Origin: Deferribacterales bacterium | GTDB lineage: Bacteria; Chrysiogenota; Deferribacteres; Deferribacterales; Geovibrionaceae | Assembly (NCBI GenBank): GCA_050251945.1 | Contig: JBFWLW010000004.1 | Span: 64,001-128,000, forward strand | Reading direction: 5' to 3' | Length of the DNA stretch: 64,000 nucleotides | Shown here: piece after piece, positions 18,426-27,019 of the stretch | Numbering within the stretch: position 1 is the stretch's first letter | How the letters are laid out: each line of letters opens with the position of its first letter | Position numbers and translations under genes: made by a program | The notes under the pieces: generated by a model | Databases searched by the model: none | What the model saw: only the letters and a program-made list of their open reading frames with translations | What the model was told of the DNA's origin: nothing

Positions 18426-18860
18426 TTAAAAAGTTGATAATCTTTTGAACTCATTAAGCCTTTCAAGCAATTTTTCTTTAAATTCATTCGGGGCGTACAC
18501 CAGCATTTCTATAATTTGTGATTCAATATTATCTTTATTAAATGCTTGGCTGTTGTTAAACGTTCCGGAATTTGTTCCAAACTGAATATTGTTATTACCA
18601 GAATTGTTTTGGTTTACCGAGTAGTCCTCAATTTGGATATCTCCAAAAAAATATGATATTGGCAATTCAAGTATGTTTGCTATTTCTACAAGCCTTGGCG
18701 TTGCAATTCCATTCCCTTGCTTAAGACTTCTGTAAAGAGATGCTGGATCAATATTTAATTGATCAGCAAGTTCAGCAATATTCATATCTCTAAGCTTTGC
18801 GCCAGCCCTTATTCTATCACTAATAACATCAAAAATTTCATGCGGTGCATATTTTTTCAT
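18426..18860 (-). CDS. CI-like XRE HTH repressor lacking an S24 peptidase domain
   Basis: HTH_3 pattern (NIAELADQLNIDPASLYR..RLVEIANILELPISYFF), divergent from a cro-like gene. Confidence 0.85.
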   Translation of the reverse strand: MKKYAPHEIFDVISDRIRAGAKLRDMNIAELADQLNIDPASLYRSLKQGNGIATPRLVEIANILELPISYFFGDIQIEDYSVNQNNSGNNNIQFGTNSGTFNNSQAFNKDNIESQIIEMLVYAPNEFKEKLLERLNEFKRLSTF

Positions 18861-18878
18861 AATCAATAATACTCCATA

Positions 18879-18947
18879 TAACATAACTGTTAAATAGCAA
18901 GGATGTTATATTTATATCTTGACAAACTAACACATATGTTATATCTC
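18879..18947. promoter_or_regulatory. OR region: three operators and PR
   Basis: TAACA-N4-TGTTA at 18879-18892, 18895-18908 (1 mismatch) and 18928-18941; TTGACA at 18919. Confidence 0.8.
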
Positions 18948-18963
18948 TAATACAGGAGGACAC

Positions 18964-19164
18964 ATGCAGTTAAAAGAATACATCAAGCAATTTCACGACG
19001 GCAATCTGACAGATTTTAGCAGAGCATCCGGAGTACCACTGATGAATCTATCAAGGTATACAAGGGGCGGAACACCTAGCCCTGAATATATCAAAAAAAT
19101 AGAATCAGTTACGAATGGCAAGGTTTCTCTTGATGATTTCGTCAATAAAAATAAATCCGCTTAG
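18964..19164 (+). CDS. Cro-like regulator
   Basis: 66 aa HTH ending IESVTNGKVSLDDF. Confidence 0.85.
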   Translation: MQLKEYIKQFHDGNLTDFSRASGVPLMNLSRYTRGGTPSPEYIKKIESVTNGKVSLDDFVNKNKSA

Positions 19165-19214
19165 TTAATCGGCAATGTTTACGGATAGTTTAGCGTGAAA
19201 TTGAGAGGACAGTT

Positions 19215-19991
19215 ATGAGCAATATCAAACTCTTTGAACATGAGAGGTTCGGGCAGGTGCGGACACTGACCGATGCAAACGGCGAGCCGTGGTTTCTTGC
19301 ACAGGAAATCACAAGAGTTCTTGGATATCTGAATAATGCAGAGGCAATAAGAACAAACGTTGACGAGGATTGTTTCAGGCAAATCTATATCCCAGAATTA
19401 TCAAACAATTACACTCTTATTAATGAAAGCGGACTTTATTCTTTAATAATGAGGTCTCAAAAAGAAGAGGCAAAAGTCTTCCGCAAATGGGTGACATCCG
19501 AAGTCCTTCCCAGCATCCGCAAGCACGGCGCGTACATGACACCGGATGTTATCGAAAAAACGCTTCTTAATCCAGACTACCTCATTCAGCTTGCAACAAC
19601 ATTGAAAGAATCGCAGGAACAGAACCGGAAACTGAACGAGAAGATTGCCGCCGATGCCGACAAAGTGGCTTTTGCTGAATCGGTGAATAAGACGGTGGAC
19701 AATTTAACCGTCAGAGACTACGCAAAAGTTCTTTATAACGAAAACATCAAGCTCGGTCAGAACAGACTTTTCCACCTGCTCCGCATGAAAGGAATTTTGG
19801 ACAGAGACAATAAGCCATATCAAAAATACATAGATAATGGCTGGTTCGTTCTGAAGCTCTCGACATATCGCAATTCATCCACAGACAACATCATCGAATA
19901 CACTCAACCACGTATCACAGGCAAAGGGCAAATTGCGCTCAGAACCCGCATACTCGCGTGGATATCAGGCGACGAGGCGGTGGGAGAATGA
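19215..19991 (+). CDS. Antirepressor, Bro-N + KilA-C (ANT)
   Basis: INESGLYSLI..FRKWVTSEVLPSIRKHGAY; ITGKGQ. Confidence 0.9.
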   Translation: MSNIKLFEHERFGQVRTLTDANGEPWFLAQEITRVLGYLNNAEAIRTNVDEDCFRQIYIPELSNNYTLINESGLYSLIMRSQKEEAKVFRKWVTSEVLPSIRKHGAYMTPDVIEKTLLNPDYLIQLATTLKESQEQNRKLNEKIAADADKVAFAESVNKTVDNLTVRDYAKVLYNENIKLGQNRLFHLLRMKGILDRDNKPYQKYIDNGWFVLKLSTYRNSSTDNIIEYTQPRITGKGQIALRTRILAWISGDEAVGE

Positions 19992-20088
19992 AAAAGATAG
20001 TTTATCAGTGCCAGAAATGCCATTCGACATTGACCGTTTTGAAGACAGTAAAAATCTGGCTATGCGCAATACGTAAGGAGGATGTGGC

Positions 20089-20382
20089 GTGAAGAAAAAA
20101 GAACTGCTTGCAACAGCAATCATAACAAACGGACAGAAACAAGACGAAATCTGCATTGAAGAGTGTGCAGAGCTTATTCAGGCATTTCAGAAAATTAAGC
20201 GTGTTGATGAATATTCAGCTATGGCTTGCGTTGAACATCTTATTGAAGAGCTTGTGGACGTTGAGATCATGATTGAGCAAATGAAATTGAGGTATCCGTT
20301 TCAGGGTCTCAGGGAGCGGATTGAAACGATGAAATTGAATAGGTTGGCAAGTTCTTTGGGGGTTACTTATGATAATGCATAA
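20089..20382 (+). CDS. MazG-like nucleotide pyrophosphohydrolase
   Basis: EECAELIQ...EELVDVEIMIEQ. Confidence 0.7.
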   Translation: MKKKELLATAIITNGQKQDEICIEECAELIQAFQKIKRVDEYSAMACVEHLIEELVDVEIMIEQMKLRYPFQGLRERIETMKLNRLASSLGVTYDNA

Positions 20383-20677
20383 CCCACTCAGACGCAAACA
20401 GAAGCCCACAGAACAGCAAGAAGAGACAACCGCCGAGCTTTCCTCGACAGTTGACAACACCGTGCGCTACGCCCGTTTATTCTGGTCTGCGATGCTGTTT
20501 TTCGCCGTGGTATTTGGGATTATCTACGCCGACAGATATGTCAGCGCATATGAGACCGACCTTGTTAAGCGCAGGGATATCAGCATTCAGATGATTGAGG
20601 CTATTGAGAGCAAGAACATCGTTTATGTGCCGGTGCCGGAAAGCGTGTACCTAAAGATTACCGAGGCGGGCAAATGA
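20375..20677 (+). CDS. Membrane-anchored hypothetical protein
   Basis: One TM segment. Confidence 0.55.
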   Translation: MHNPLRRKQKPTEQQEETTAELSSTVDNTVRYARLFWSAMLFFAVVFGIIYADRYVSAYETDLVKRRDISIQMIEAIESKNIVYVPVPESVYLKITEAGK

Positions 20678-20777
20678 AAAAATGGTGGCGCGACATTAAT
20701 TACGGTCTCATCGGTGCGTTGGCTTTTGTTGCATATTTCTGGGCGGCAGTAGCAATTCTGATAGTGAGGTGGTCCTG

Positions 20778-21203
20778 ATGGCATTACTTGAAATCAACGG
20801 CGTTTGCCGACTGGCACGCAATCCTGAAATACGCTTTCTCCCAGGTTCTGAAATAGCTATCGCTCAATTTGCAGTAGCATGTTCCGAGAAGTACAAAGAT
20901 AAGGAAAAGACGGCTTACTATGACTGTAAAGCGTGGGGAAAGCTGGCTGAAATCTGCGGTGAATATCTGACAAAAGGGTCAAAAGTGTTTATCCGTGGGA
21001 AACTGGAACAGGAGACATGGGAAGACAAAGACAGCGGCAAGATGCGTTCTAAACACGTTATCCGCATAGACAAACTTGAGTTTTGCGAGAGTAAGAAGGA
21101 CGGCGGAAACCAGAACGCTTTTGACGAACCCGTCAGCGGCGGCGGAATGTCTGAAGACGATATTCCATTCGAATCATATATGAATGGGTTGGTCGCCCCT
21201 TAA
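20778..21203 (+). CDS. ssb: Single-stranded DNA-binding protein
   Basis: OB-fold motifs (AWGKLAEICGEYLTKGSKV), DDIPF near the C-terminus. Confidence 0.92.
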   Translation: MALLEINGVCRLARNPEIRFLPGSEIAIAQFAVACSEKYKDKEKTAYYDCKAWGKLAEICGEYLTKGSKVFIRGKLEQETWEDKDSGKMRSKHVIRIDKLEFCESKKDGGNQNAFDEPVSGGGMSEDDIPFESYMNGLVAP

Positions 21204-21403
21204 ATACAAAACAGTAGAGGCATAGCCCTTTCTGTCCCGCTCGAAATACCACGGAGCATCGGCAAAGCGGGGGCTTGCGGATGTTTCCGTCGGGGCGGCA
21301 TAGATGGGGTTACATAGCGGTTACATGAAAAAATTAATAAATATAAACATTTTGCGTCGCTTATTAAAAATTGAATACAAATGCAGTTACATGAGGTAAG
21401 GCG

Positions 21404-22006
21404 ATGAGAATTTTAAATCTTTTTTCTGGGATAGGCGGCAATAGGGAATTATGGACTAGCAATATAACTGCTGTTGAGGTTGATCCACTAATTGCGGCAG
21501 TATATAGCAATCGCTTTAGTTCTGATACTGTCGTCATTGGAGATGCCTTATCGTTTGTTGAGTTTAACTATAATGATTTTGATTTCATATGGGCAAGCCC
21601 ACCATGCCCATCACACGGACAATATAGGCACAATGTAGGAGTGCTTGGAAAGGGATTCTCTCCAATAATACCCGACATGACATCACTGTATGGATTGATT
21701 ACGTTTTTAAAAACTTACTATAAAGGTTTATGGGCAGTTGAAAATACTATGCCTTATTATGATTTCCTCATAAAACCCACTGTTTTTTTACAGAGACACC
21801 CGATTTGGAGTAATTTTCCTATTCCCCCAAAAAACTTCATGGCTGAAGGAATCAGAGATAAAAATAAAATATCTGATTTCGATGGTTTTGAAATAATTTC
21901 AAAAAGCAAGATTAAGAATAAAAGGCAGGTTATGCGCAATTGTGTAAATCCAGAAATCGGGAAATATGTCTTGGATTGTGCAGTTAGTTATAGAGTTGCG
22001 ATATGA
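21404..22006 (+). CDS. Short C5-cytosine DNA methyltransferase-like protein
   Basis: LFSGIGG (motif I), ASPPC (motif IV), VEN (motif VI). Confidence 0.8.
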   Translation: MRILNLFSGIGGNRELWTSNITAVEVDPLIAAVYSNRFSSDTVVIGDALSFVEFNYNDFDFIWASPPCPSHGQYRHNVGVLGKGFSPIIPDMTSLYGLITFLKTYYKGLWAVENTMPYYDFLIKPTVFLQRHPIWSNFPIPPKNFMAEGIRDKNKISDFDGFEIISKSKIKNKRQVMRNCVNPEIGKYVLDCAVSYRVAI

Positions 22007-22803
22007 TCCCATATTTCAGCAATGACCACGGACAGCTTTTTTGCGGCGACTGCTTAGATATCATGTCAAAAATAGATATTTCTTTTGATGCAGTAATCGC
22101 CGATCAGCCGTATGGAGCGACCGCTTGTAAGTGGGATTCTATTATTCCATTTGTGCCGATGTGGGAAAATATAAATCGTTGCGCTAAAGTTAACGCTGCG
22201 ATAGTTCTTTTTGGTGCAGAACCGTTCAGTTCTGCCTTACGATTGAGTAATTTACGGAATTATAAGTATGATATAATCTGGGACAAAATAAAAGGTACTG
22301 GCTTTTTAAATGCCCGCAGACAGCCGATGCGTAATCATGAATTAATTTCGATATTTTATCGAAAGCAATGTGTTTATAATCCGCAAAAGACAACAGGGCA
22401 TCAGCTTAAAACCTCAAGAAAGAAAGCTTTTTCACAGACCGATGTTTATGGTTTTATGAAAAATGATTGTGAATACAAAAGTGCGGAAAGATATCCCCGC
22501 AGTATCGTTGAGTTTTCGACAGACACTCAGAAAAGTTCGTTACATCCCACGCAAAAACCAATAGCCCTTTATGAGTATTTAATTAAAACGTACACAAATA
22601 AGGGGGATATTGTTCTGGATTTTTGCGCAGGTAGCGGGACTTTGGCTGTGGCGGCTGAAAAATGTGGACGGAAATGGGTCTGTATAGAAAAAGAAGAAAA
22701 ATACTGCGATATCGCTATAAAACGGATTCAGGGAGTGGCTATTGAAGAACCTGCGGATAAACCAGAACTTACAATCGAGGATTTTATCGAGGTGCAGGGA
22801 TGA
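22003..22803 (+). CDS. N4/N6 DNA methyltransferase (beta class)
   Basis: DQPY catalytic variant, HPTQKP, DFCAGSGT. Confidence 0.88.
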   Translation: MIPYFSNDHGQLFCGDCLDIMSKIDISFDAVIADQPYGATACKWDSIIPFVPMWENINRCAKVNAAIVLFGAEPFSSALRLSNLRNYKYDIIWDKIKGTGFLNARRQPMRNHELISIFYRKQCVYNPQKTTGHQLKTSRKKAFSQTDVYGFMKNDCEYKSAERYPRSIVEFSTDTQKSSLHPTQKPIALYEYLIKTYTNKGDIVLDFCAGSGTLAVAAEKCGRKWVCIEKEEKYCDIAIKRIQGVAIEEPADKPELTIEDFIEVQG

Positions 22804-23003
22804 GGCTTGACCAATTAACCCCCTGTGACCGCTTTATTTTGCGCCTGTACAACGGATATGAGGACGAACCTGTGGAAACACGCACGGGCGTATTTAAATG
22901 CGTCTACAGCAGCAATCCTGACTTCTGTGTCGTTGTTTTTGATGGCATTGAGGGCGAACAGTACGAACACTCTCATTATGATGTCGAGAAGATAGAGGGG
23001 TAA
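22800..23003 (+). CDS. Small phage hypothetical protein
   Basis: Coupled ATGA start. Confidence 0.5.
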   Translation: MRLDQLTPCDRFILRLYNGYEDEPVETRTGVFKCVYSSNPDFCVVVFDGIEGEQYEHSHYDVEKIEG

Positions 23004-23008
23004 AGAAG

Positions 23009-23740
23009 ATGCGATGGTTAAAGCATATGACCTGTGCGAACAGGGATGAAAAAATGATGCGCATTATGGACGAATTCGGCGTCGCCGGATACGGGATGTA
23101 TTGGCTTATACTTGAAACTATCGCTGAAAAACTTGATGAAAGTAACGACACTTTTATAGAAATGTCGGTACAAAGCTGGAGAAAACTTACAGGAATTCCA
23201 CCAAAAACTTTGGAAAAATTTCTAAGTTTTTGTCAAGTTTTAGGGTTGTTTGTGGTGAAAAATTCTGAGAATTTAATCAGTGTGGATTGCCCTAACTTAT
23301 TGAAGTATAGGGATGAATACCAAAGGAAACAATCTAAAAAGTCCGGACAAGCACCCGACAAACTCCAACCCAAGAATACAGATACAGATACAGATACAGA
23401 TACAGAAGAAAAAAAGAAACCCCCTATATCCCCCTTTGATGTTTCCTCAATGCCGCTGCCGGAAAAAATTGATCGCGGTGACTGGACAAAGTGGCTTTCA
23501 CACTTCCGAGAATCAACTGGTCGGTATCCATCCGAAGAACAGGCTAATCAGCAAATACGTGATATTTTATATTTTGCCCGCGATGGAACGACCACGGCAG
23601 ATGTGATCTGTTACAACATAGGCGGAGGCTACAAGCGGATTTATAACCCTGCAAAACAGGAATCAGGACAAAAGAGCGCATCAAAAAAAGGCGATATCTC
23701 AGAAGGTGCAAGGAGCTTTTTAAATGCAAAAACAGCTTGA
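23009..23740 (+). CDS. Phage replication initiator
   Basis: MRWLKHM..GYGMYWLILE N-terminus; DTDTDTDTE linker. Confidence 0.78.
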   Translation: MRWLKHMTCANRDEKMMRIMDEFGVAGYGMYWLILETIAEKLDESNDTFIEMSVQSWRKLTGIPPKTLEKFLSFCQVLGLFVVKNSENLISVDCPNLLKYRDEYQRKQSKKSGQAPDKLQPKNTDTDTDTDTEEKKKPPISPFDVSSMPLPEKIDRGDWTKWLSHFRESTGRYPSEEQANQQIRDILYFARDGTTTADVICYNIGGGYKRIYNPAKQESGQKSASKKGDISEGARSFLNAKTA

Positions 23741-24296
23741 TAGGCAAATATTCTTTAAAGGTTTACAGGTTTTATCAGTGCTTCCACAAGGAAAAAATCC
23801 TGTTGATCTCACGGATGAATTCACACTTACAGTTTGGTACGAAGCTCTAGGCGATATTGATAACGATAGCTTCCAGAAAGCGGTGATACTACTGCTCCGC
23901 TCCTCAAAATGGCACCCGGCACCTGTTGATATTCGCAGAGCTGCTGGCTTTATCGAAACCACGGAAAGCGGAAAATCGGATGAAACGGCTATTACTCAGT
24001 GGGAGGAGTTCAGTCGTAAAATCCAGAGTGTTGGGCATCAACGGATGGAACGAATCTGGTACGAAGATAAAAAAGCAGTTTTTGACGATCCAGTAACTGA
24101 TGCTATTGCAAGAACTTTTGCAAAAGAATACGCAATGTCGAACGTCACAGAAGCCGGGAATTGGAGAGCGCGCTTTATCGCAGCATATAACAATTCAAAA
24201 GAACACGGTATTAAAACCGCCGAGGTTCAGAAGATTGGAAATATACTAAGTGGCATGATAGGTCAAAGTGGCAATCTAAAGCTGGTGAAGCCGTGA
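23724..24296 (+). CDS. Helicase loader/inhibitor-like protein
   Basis: WYEALGDI..KWHPAPVDIR; follows the initiator. Confidence 0.6.
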   Translation: MQKQLDRQIFFKGLQVLSVLPQGKNPVDLTDEFTLTVWYEALGDIDNDSFQKAVILLLRSSKWHPAPVDIRRAAGFIETTESGKSDETAITQWEEFSRKIQSVGHQRMERIWYEDKKAVFDDPVTDAIARTFAKEYAMSNVTEAGNWRARFIAAYNNSKEHGIKTAEVQKIGNILSGMIGQSGNLKLVKP

Positions 24297-24691
24297 AAAT
24301 TATAGCATCAGAGCATAATGAACAAGTGTCGCTTTTTCAATGGGCGGCTATGCAGACGGCGAGATACCCGGAACTAGCGCTGATGTTTGCAGTTCCTAAC
24401 GGCGGACTGAGAAACGCCACGGTAGCGGCGAAACTGAAAGCGGAGGGGGTTAAGCCCGGTGTACCTGATATTTTCCTTCCTGTGGTTCGTGGCGGCTATC
24501 ATGGATTGTTCATTGAGATGAAGCGCACCAAAGGCGGCAAGCTGAGTGCGGAACAGGCAAACTGGATAGCCAAGCTTTTAGAGCAGAGATACGCGGTTTA
24601 CAAATGCGAAGGATGGGCAAAAGCGAAAGAGTGTATCGAACAGTACTTAAAACTTGCCCCTGAAAGTGGCAGAAAGGCGGTTTTCCCGTGA
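24293..24691 (+). CDS. VRR-NUC nuclease
   Basis: FAVPNGG, GVPDIFL, FIEMK. Confidence 0.9.
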   Translation: MKIIASEHNEQVSLFQWAAMQTARYPELALMFAVPNGGLRNATVAAKLKAEGVKPGVPDIFLPVVRGGYHGLFIEMKRTKGGKLSAEQANWIAKLLEQRYAVYKCEGWAKAKECIEQYLKLAPESGRKAVFP

Positions 24692-24796
24692 GATATATGC
24701 AAAACAATACCAACGTAGCCCAAGGGGTGCAAAATGCGGCAAAAGGGAAATAAGGGCGAAAGTTTGAAGGGCATGAAAACAAGGGAGGTGTTTTAG

Positions 24797-25039
24797 ATGG
24801 AAACTTCTGAAATTCAATCATTGAAAAACAACGATTTAGCACATTTTATGCCATTAAAGAAAAACTTTACCGTAGAAGAGGTTTCAGTTTATTTTTCATG
24901 TTCCGCTGCAACTATAAAACGAAGGTGCCGTAACGGACAGATTGAAGCTATTAAAATTGGGAAGATATGGAGAATTTCCAGAACAGCTTTATCCGAGTTT
25001 ATCAGATTAAACACGGATAGGGGTCAGCTATCAGATTAA
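24797..25039 (+). CDS. HTH_17/excisionase-like regulator (candidate late regulator)
   Basis: FTVEEVS..TIKRRCRNGQIEAIKIGKIWRI. Confidence 0.75.
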   Translation: METSEIQSLKNNDLAHFMPLKKNFTVEEVSVYFSCSAATIKRRCRNGQIEAIKIGKIWRISRTALSEFIRLNTDRGQLSD

Positions 25040-25056
25040 ACACGGATAGGGGTCAG
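25000..25056. repeat. 28-bp tandem duplication
   Basis: TATCAGATTAAACACGGATAGGGGTCAG at 25000-25027 and 25029-25056. Confidence 0.9.
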
Positions 25057-25354
25057 AGCAATTGGAAAGAGACATGGATTTACTGGAAGAAATCAGACAA
25101 CTGTCCGATGCAATTGATTTTATGCTCAAACATATTGAGTATCAAACAAAAAAGTTTATCAGTAACATACATCATTCCTAACAGATTACACATAAAAAGC
25201 TCGTAACATGCTAATATATAAAACTATTTAGTATTATGTGTAGCTAATACATAGCCTAAAATATGAGAATGCAGACCATAGTAACATATCCGGCACTCAA
25301 ATCAATGTATTTTTAGCCCCAAAATATTTTCTGCAACTTTTTTAATTTTCCCCC

Positions 25355-25383
25355 TTGACAACCCGTGCATTGTACGGTATATT
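25355..25383 (+). promoter_or_regulatory. Strong sigma70 promoter with palindromic operator in the spacer
   Basis: TTGACA-17-TATATT; CCGTGCA-T-TGTACGG at 25363-25377. Confidence 0.8.
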
Positions 25384-25426
25384 TACTTTATCAAGAGCGG
25401 AACAGACCGCAAAAAGGAGCAAGAAA

Positions 25427-25690
25427 ATGAGAAAATTTGAAATAATAAAGACAGAAACAGTAGCCGAAGAAAAAACAACATGGGCACTCGATTGTTTCAA
25501 TGAAGCTCAACCTAGCAAAGATTATGATGCAAGGATTACAAAAAGTTACGTGAGAGCAGAAAGCTTAACAGCTCTTATGGCTGAACTTGAAAAAAACATT
25601 TCTCCTATAGAGAAAGCATTTTCTAAAGTAAAAAGAACCGAAAATACTATTTTTGCAATGTTCACACAAATAACAGCAACTGAAATATAA
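25427..25690 (+). CDS. Small orphan protein, candidate anti-CRISPR/anti-defence
   Basis: AAAAAGGAG RBS, 87 aa, first gene after the promoter. Confidence 0.7.
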   Translation: MRKFEIIKTETVAEEKTTWALDCFNEAQPSKDYDARITKSYVRAESLTALMAELEKNISPIEKAFSKVKRTENTIFAMFTQITATEI

Positions 25691-25777
25691 TCGGAAAAAG
25701 GGCAAATCAACGAAATTGATGATGATGAATTTGAAGATTGAATCACAACGGGATGAACCTCAAAAAAGGAGATAACA

Positions 25778-26050
25778 ATGGCAACTTACAGAGAATACGC
25801 AAAAGAAAACGGACACACAGATGCAGAGATTGAAGAAATGGTAGAAGGTCTTTTCGGCGCAGATGCAGAAATGGTTCTCGCAAGAACCGAAGACGGGAAG
25901 GGTGTTTACAGCGAAGATGAAGGATATCAGAGAACCGAAGATGGAGCGCAAGTTTACAATATGGGCAACGGCTATACTCTATATGTATCAGGAAGCTCTT
26001 ATGACATCGTGGGGCATGATAACGGTGAAACATGGGAACTTGAATACTAA
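25778..26050 (+). CDS. Small highly acidic protein, candidate anti-CRISPR/DNA mimic
   Basis: AAAAAGGAG RBS; about 21 D/E vs 5 K/R in 90 aa. Confidence 0.7.
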   Translation: MATYREYAKENGHTDAEIEEMVEGLFGADAEMVLARTEDGKGVYSEDEGYQRTEDGAQVYNMGNGYTLYVSGSSYDIVGHDNGETWELEY

Positions 26051-26080
26051 AAAAGGCGGCTGTTTAAGCCACCTTTTTTT
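26049..26080. terminator. Bidirectional terminator
   Basis: A6-GGCGGCTG-TTT-AAGCCACC-T7. Confidence 0.7.
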
Positions 26081-26096
26081 GAACTAAGTTCATTTC

Positions 26097-26133
26097 GTTT
26101 CAACTCACAGGGGCGACCGCAATCGCCCCTGAC
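26097..26133 (-). ncRNA. Solitary type I-C-like CRISPR repeat unit (candidate Racr/crRNA-like RNA)
   Basis: RC GTCAGGGGCGATTGCGGTCGCCCCTGTGAGTTGAAAC: GT + 9-bp stem + 11-nt TGAGTTGAAAC tail. Confidence 0.6.
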
Positions 26134-26163
26134 TTTCACAAAGGATAGCACACGGAAAATAAA

Positions 26164-26421
26164 ATGCAAATAAAACTATCAGCGCCAGAACTCAGAAAAA
26201 TTTTTGGACTTACTAACAGGGAGATTTCCGCGGCACTTGGCAAGCCTTTGAGTACCATTGAGCAGCACATGGCGGCGCGGGAATCAGCACGCCACCGGAA
26301 TATGCCTGATTCAGATAAGATGCTGCTCATTTTACGCTACAAAATTATAGAGATGGGATATAATCCCGATAAACTGATAGATGATTTTTTAAGTGAACAC
26401 AATAAAAGCGACGGGGCATAA
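26164..26421 (+). CDS. HTH regulator, Aca-like
   Basis: LRKIFGLTNREISAALGKPLSTIEQHMAA..HRNMP; last gene of the cassette. Confidence 0.65.
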   Translation: MQIKLSAPELRKIFGLTNREISAALGKPLSTIEQHMAARESARHRNMPDSDKMLLILRYKIIEMGYNPDKLIDDFLSEHNKSDGA

Positions 26422-26530
26422 CCCCGCTTTTTTTGTGCCAGAATCTCTATTATTTTAATAAACTCTCGTTTTATCGCTCACATCGTTCTCACCGTCCACA
26501 GAAATTTTTAAGATATGCAATATTAAGGGC

Positions 26531-27019
26531 ATGAATAAAAAGCCTGCTCCTGCGCAAAAAGAGAAAAAAAAGGTCGGAAAGCCCACAAAAATAGGCAATC
26601 TCTTCCTGCCTGCTCTGAAAATGATGTGGAAAAAAGGCTTCACCGATGTTGAGATAGCGCAGGCTTTTGATATAACCGAGCAAACACTCTATAACTATAA
26701 AAAACAATACCCTGAAATTTTTGAGAAAGAAAAAGACTGGAAAGCGGAAGCGGACGCAGCTGTCGAACGCTCTCTTTTTGAGCGCGCCAAAGGTTTTTCG
26801 GCGAAAGAAACAAAAGTCTTTGTTTATAAAGGCGATATAATAACAGAGGATGTTACAACGAACTACCCGCCAGACACGACGGCTTGTATCTTCTGGCTGA
26901 AAAACCGGAAAAAGGATGAATGGCGAGACAGGGCGGAACTTGATCATGGAAGCTCTGATGGCAGTATGACCCCGCAAATCAGCTTCTATTTGCCGGACAA
27001 CGGGAGAGGTGGCGAATGA
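26531..27019 (+). CDS. Terminase small subunit
   Basis: HTH plus ADAAVERSLFERAKG..PPDTTACIFWLKNR. Confidence 0.85.
   Translation: MNKKPAPAQKEKKKVGKPTKIGNLFLPALKMMWKKGFTDVEIAQAFDITEQTLYNYKKQYPEIFEKEKDWKAEADAAVERSLFERAKGFSAKETKVFVYKGDIITEDVTTNYPPDTTACIFWLKNRKKDEWRDRAELDHGSSDGSMTPQISFYLPDNGRGGE

Noticed and set aside
23377..23406. (ACAGAT)n microsatellite
   Set aside because: Common DTDT linker/ori region of phage initiators; in frame
25000..25056. Possible mini CRISPR array
   Set aside because: Two copies separated by 1 nt; no spacer and no repeat-like ends
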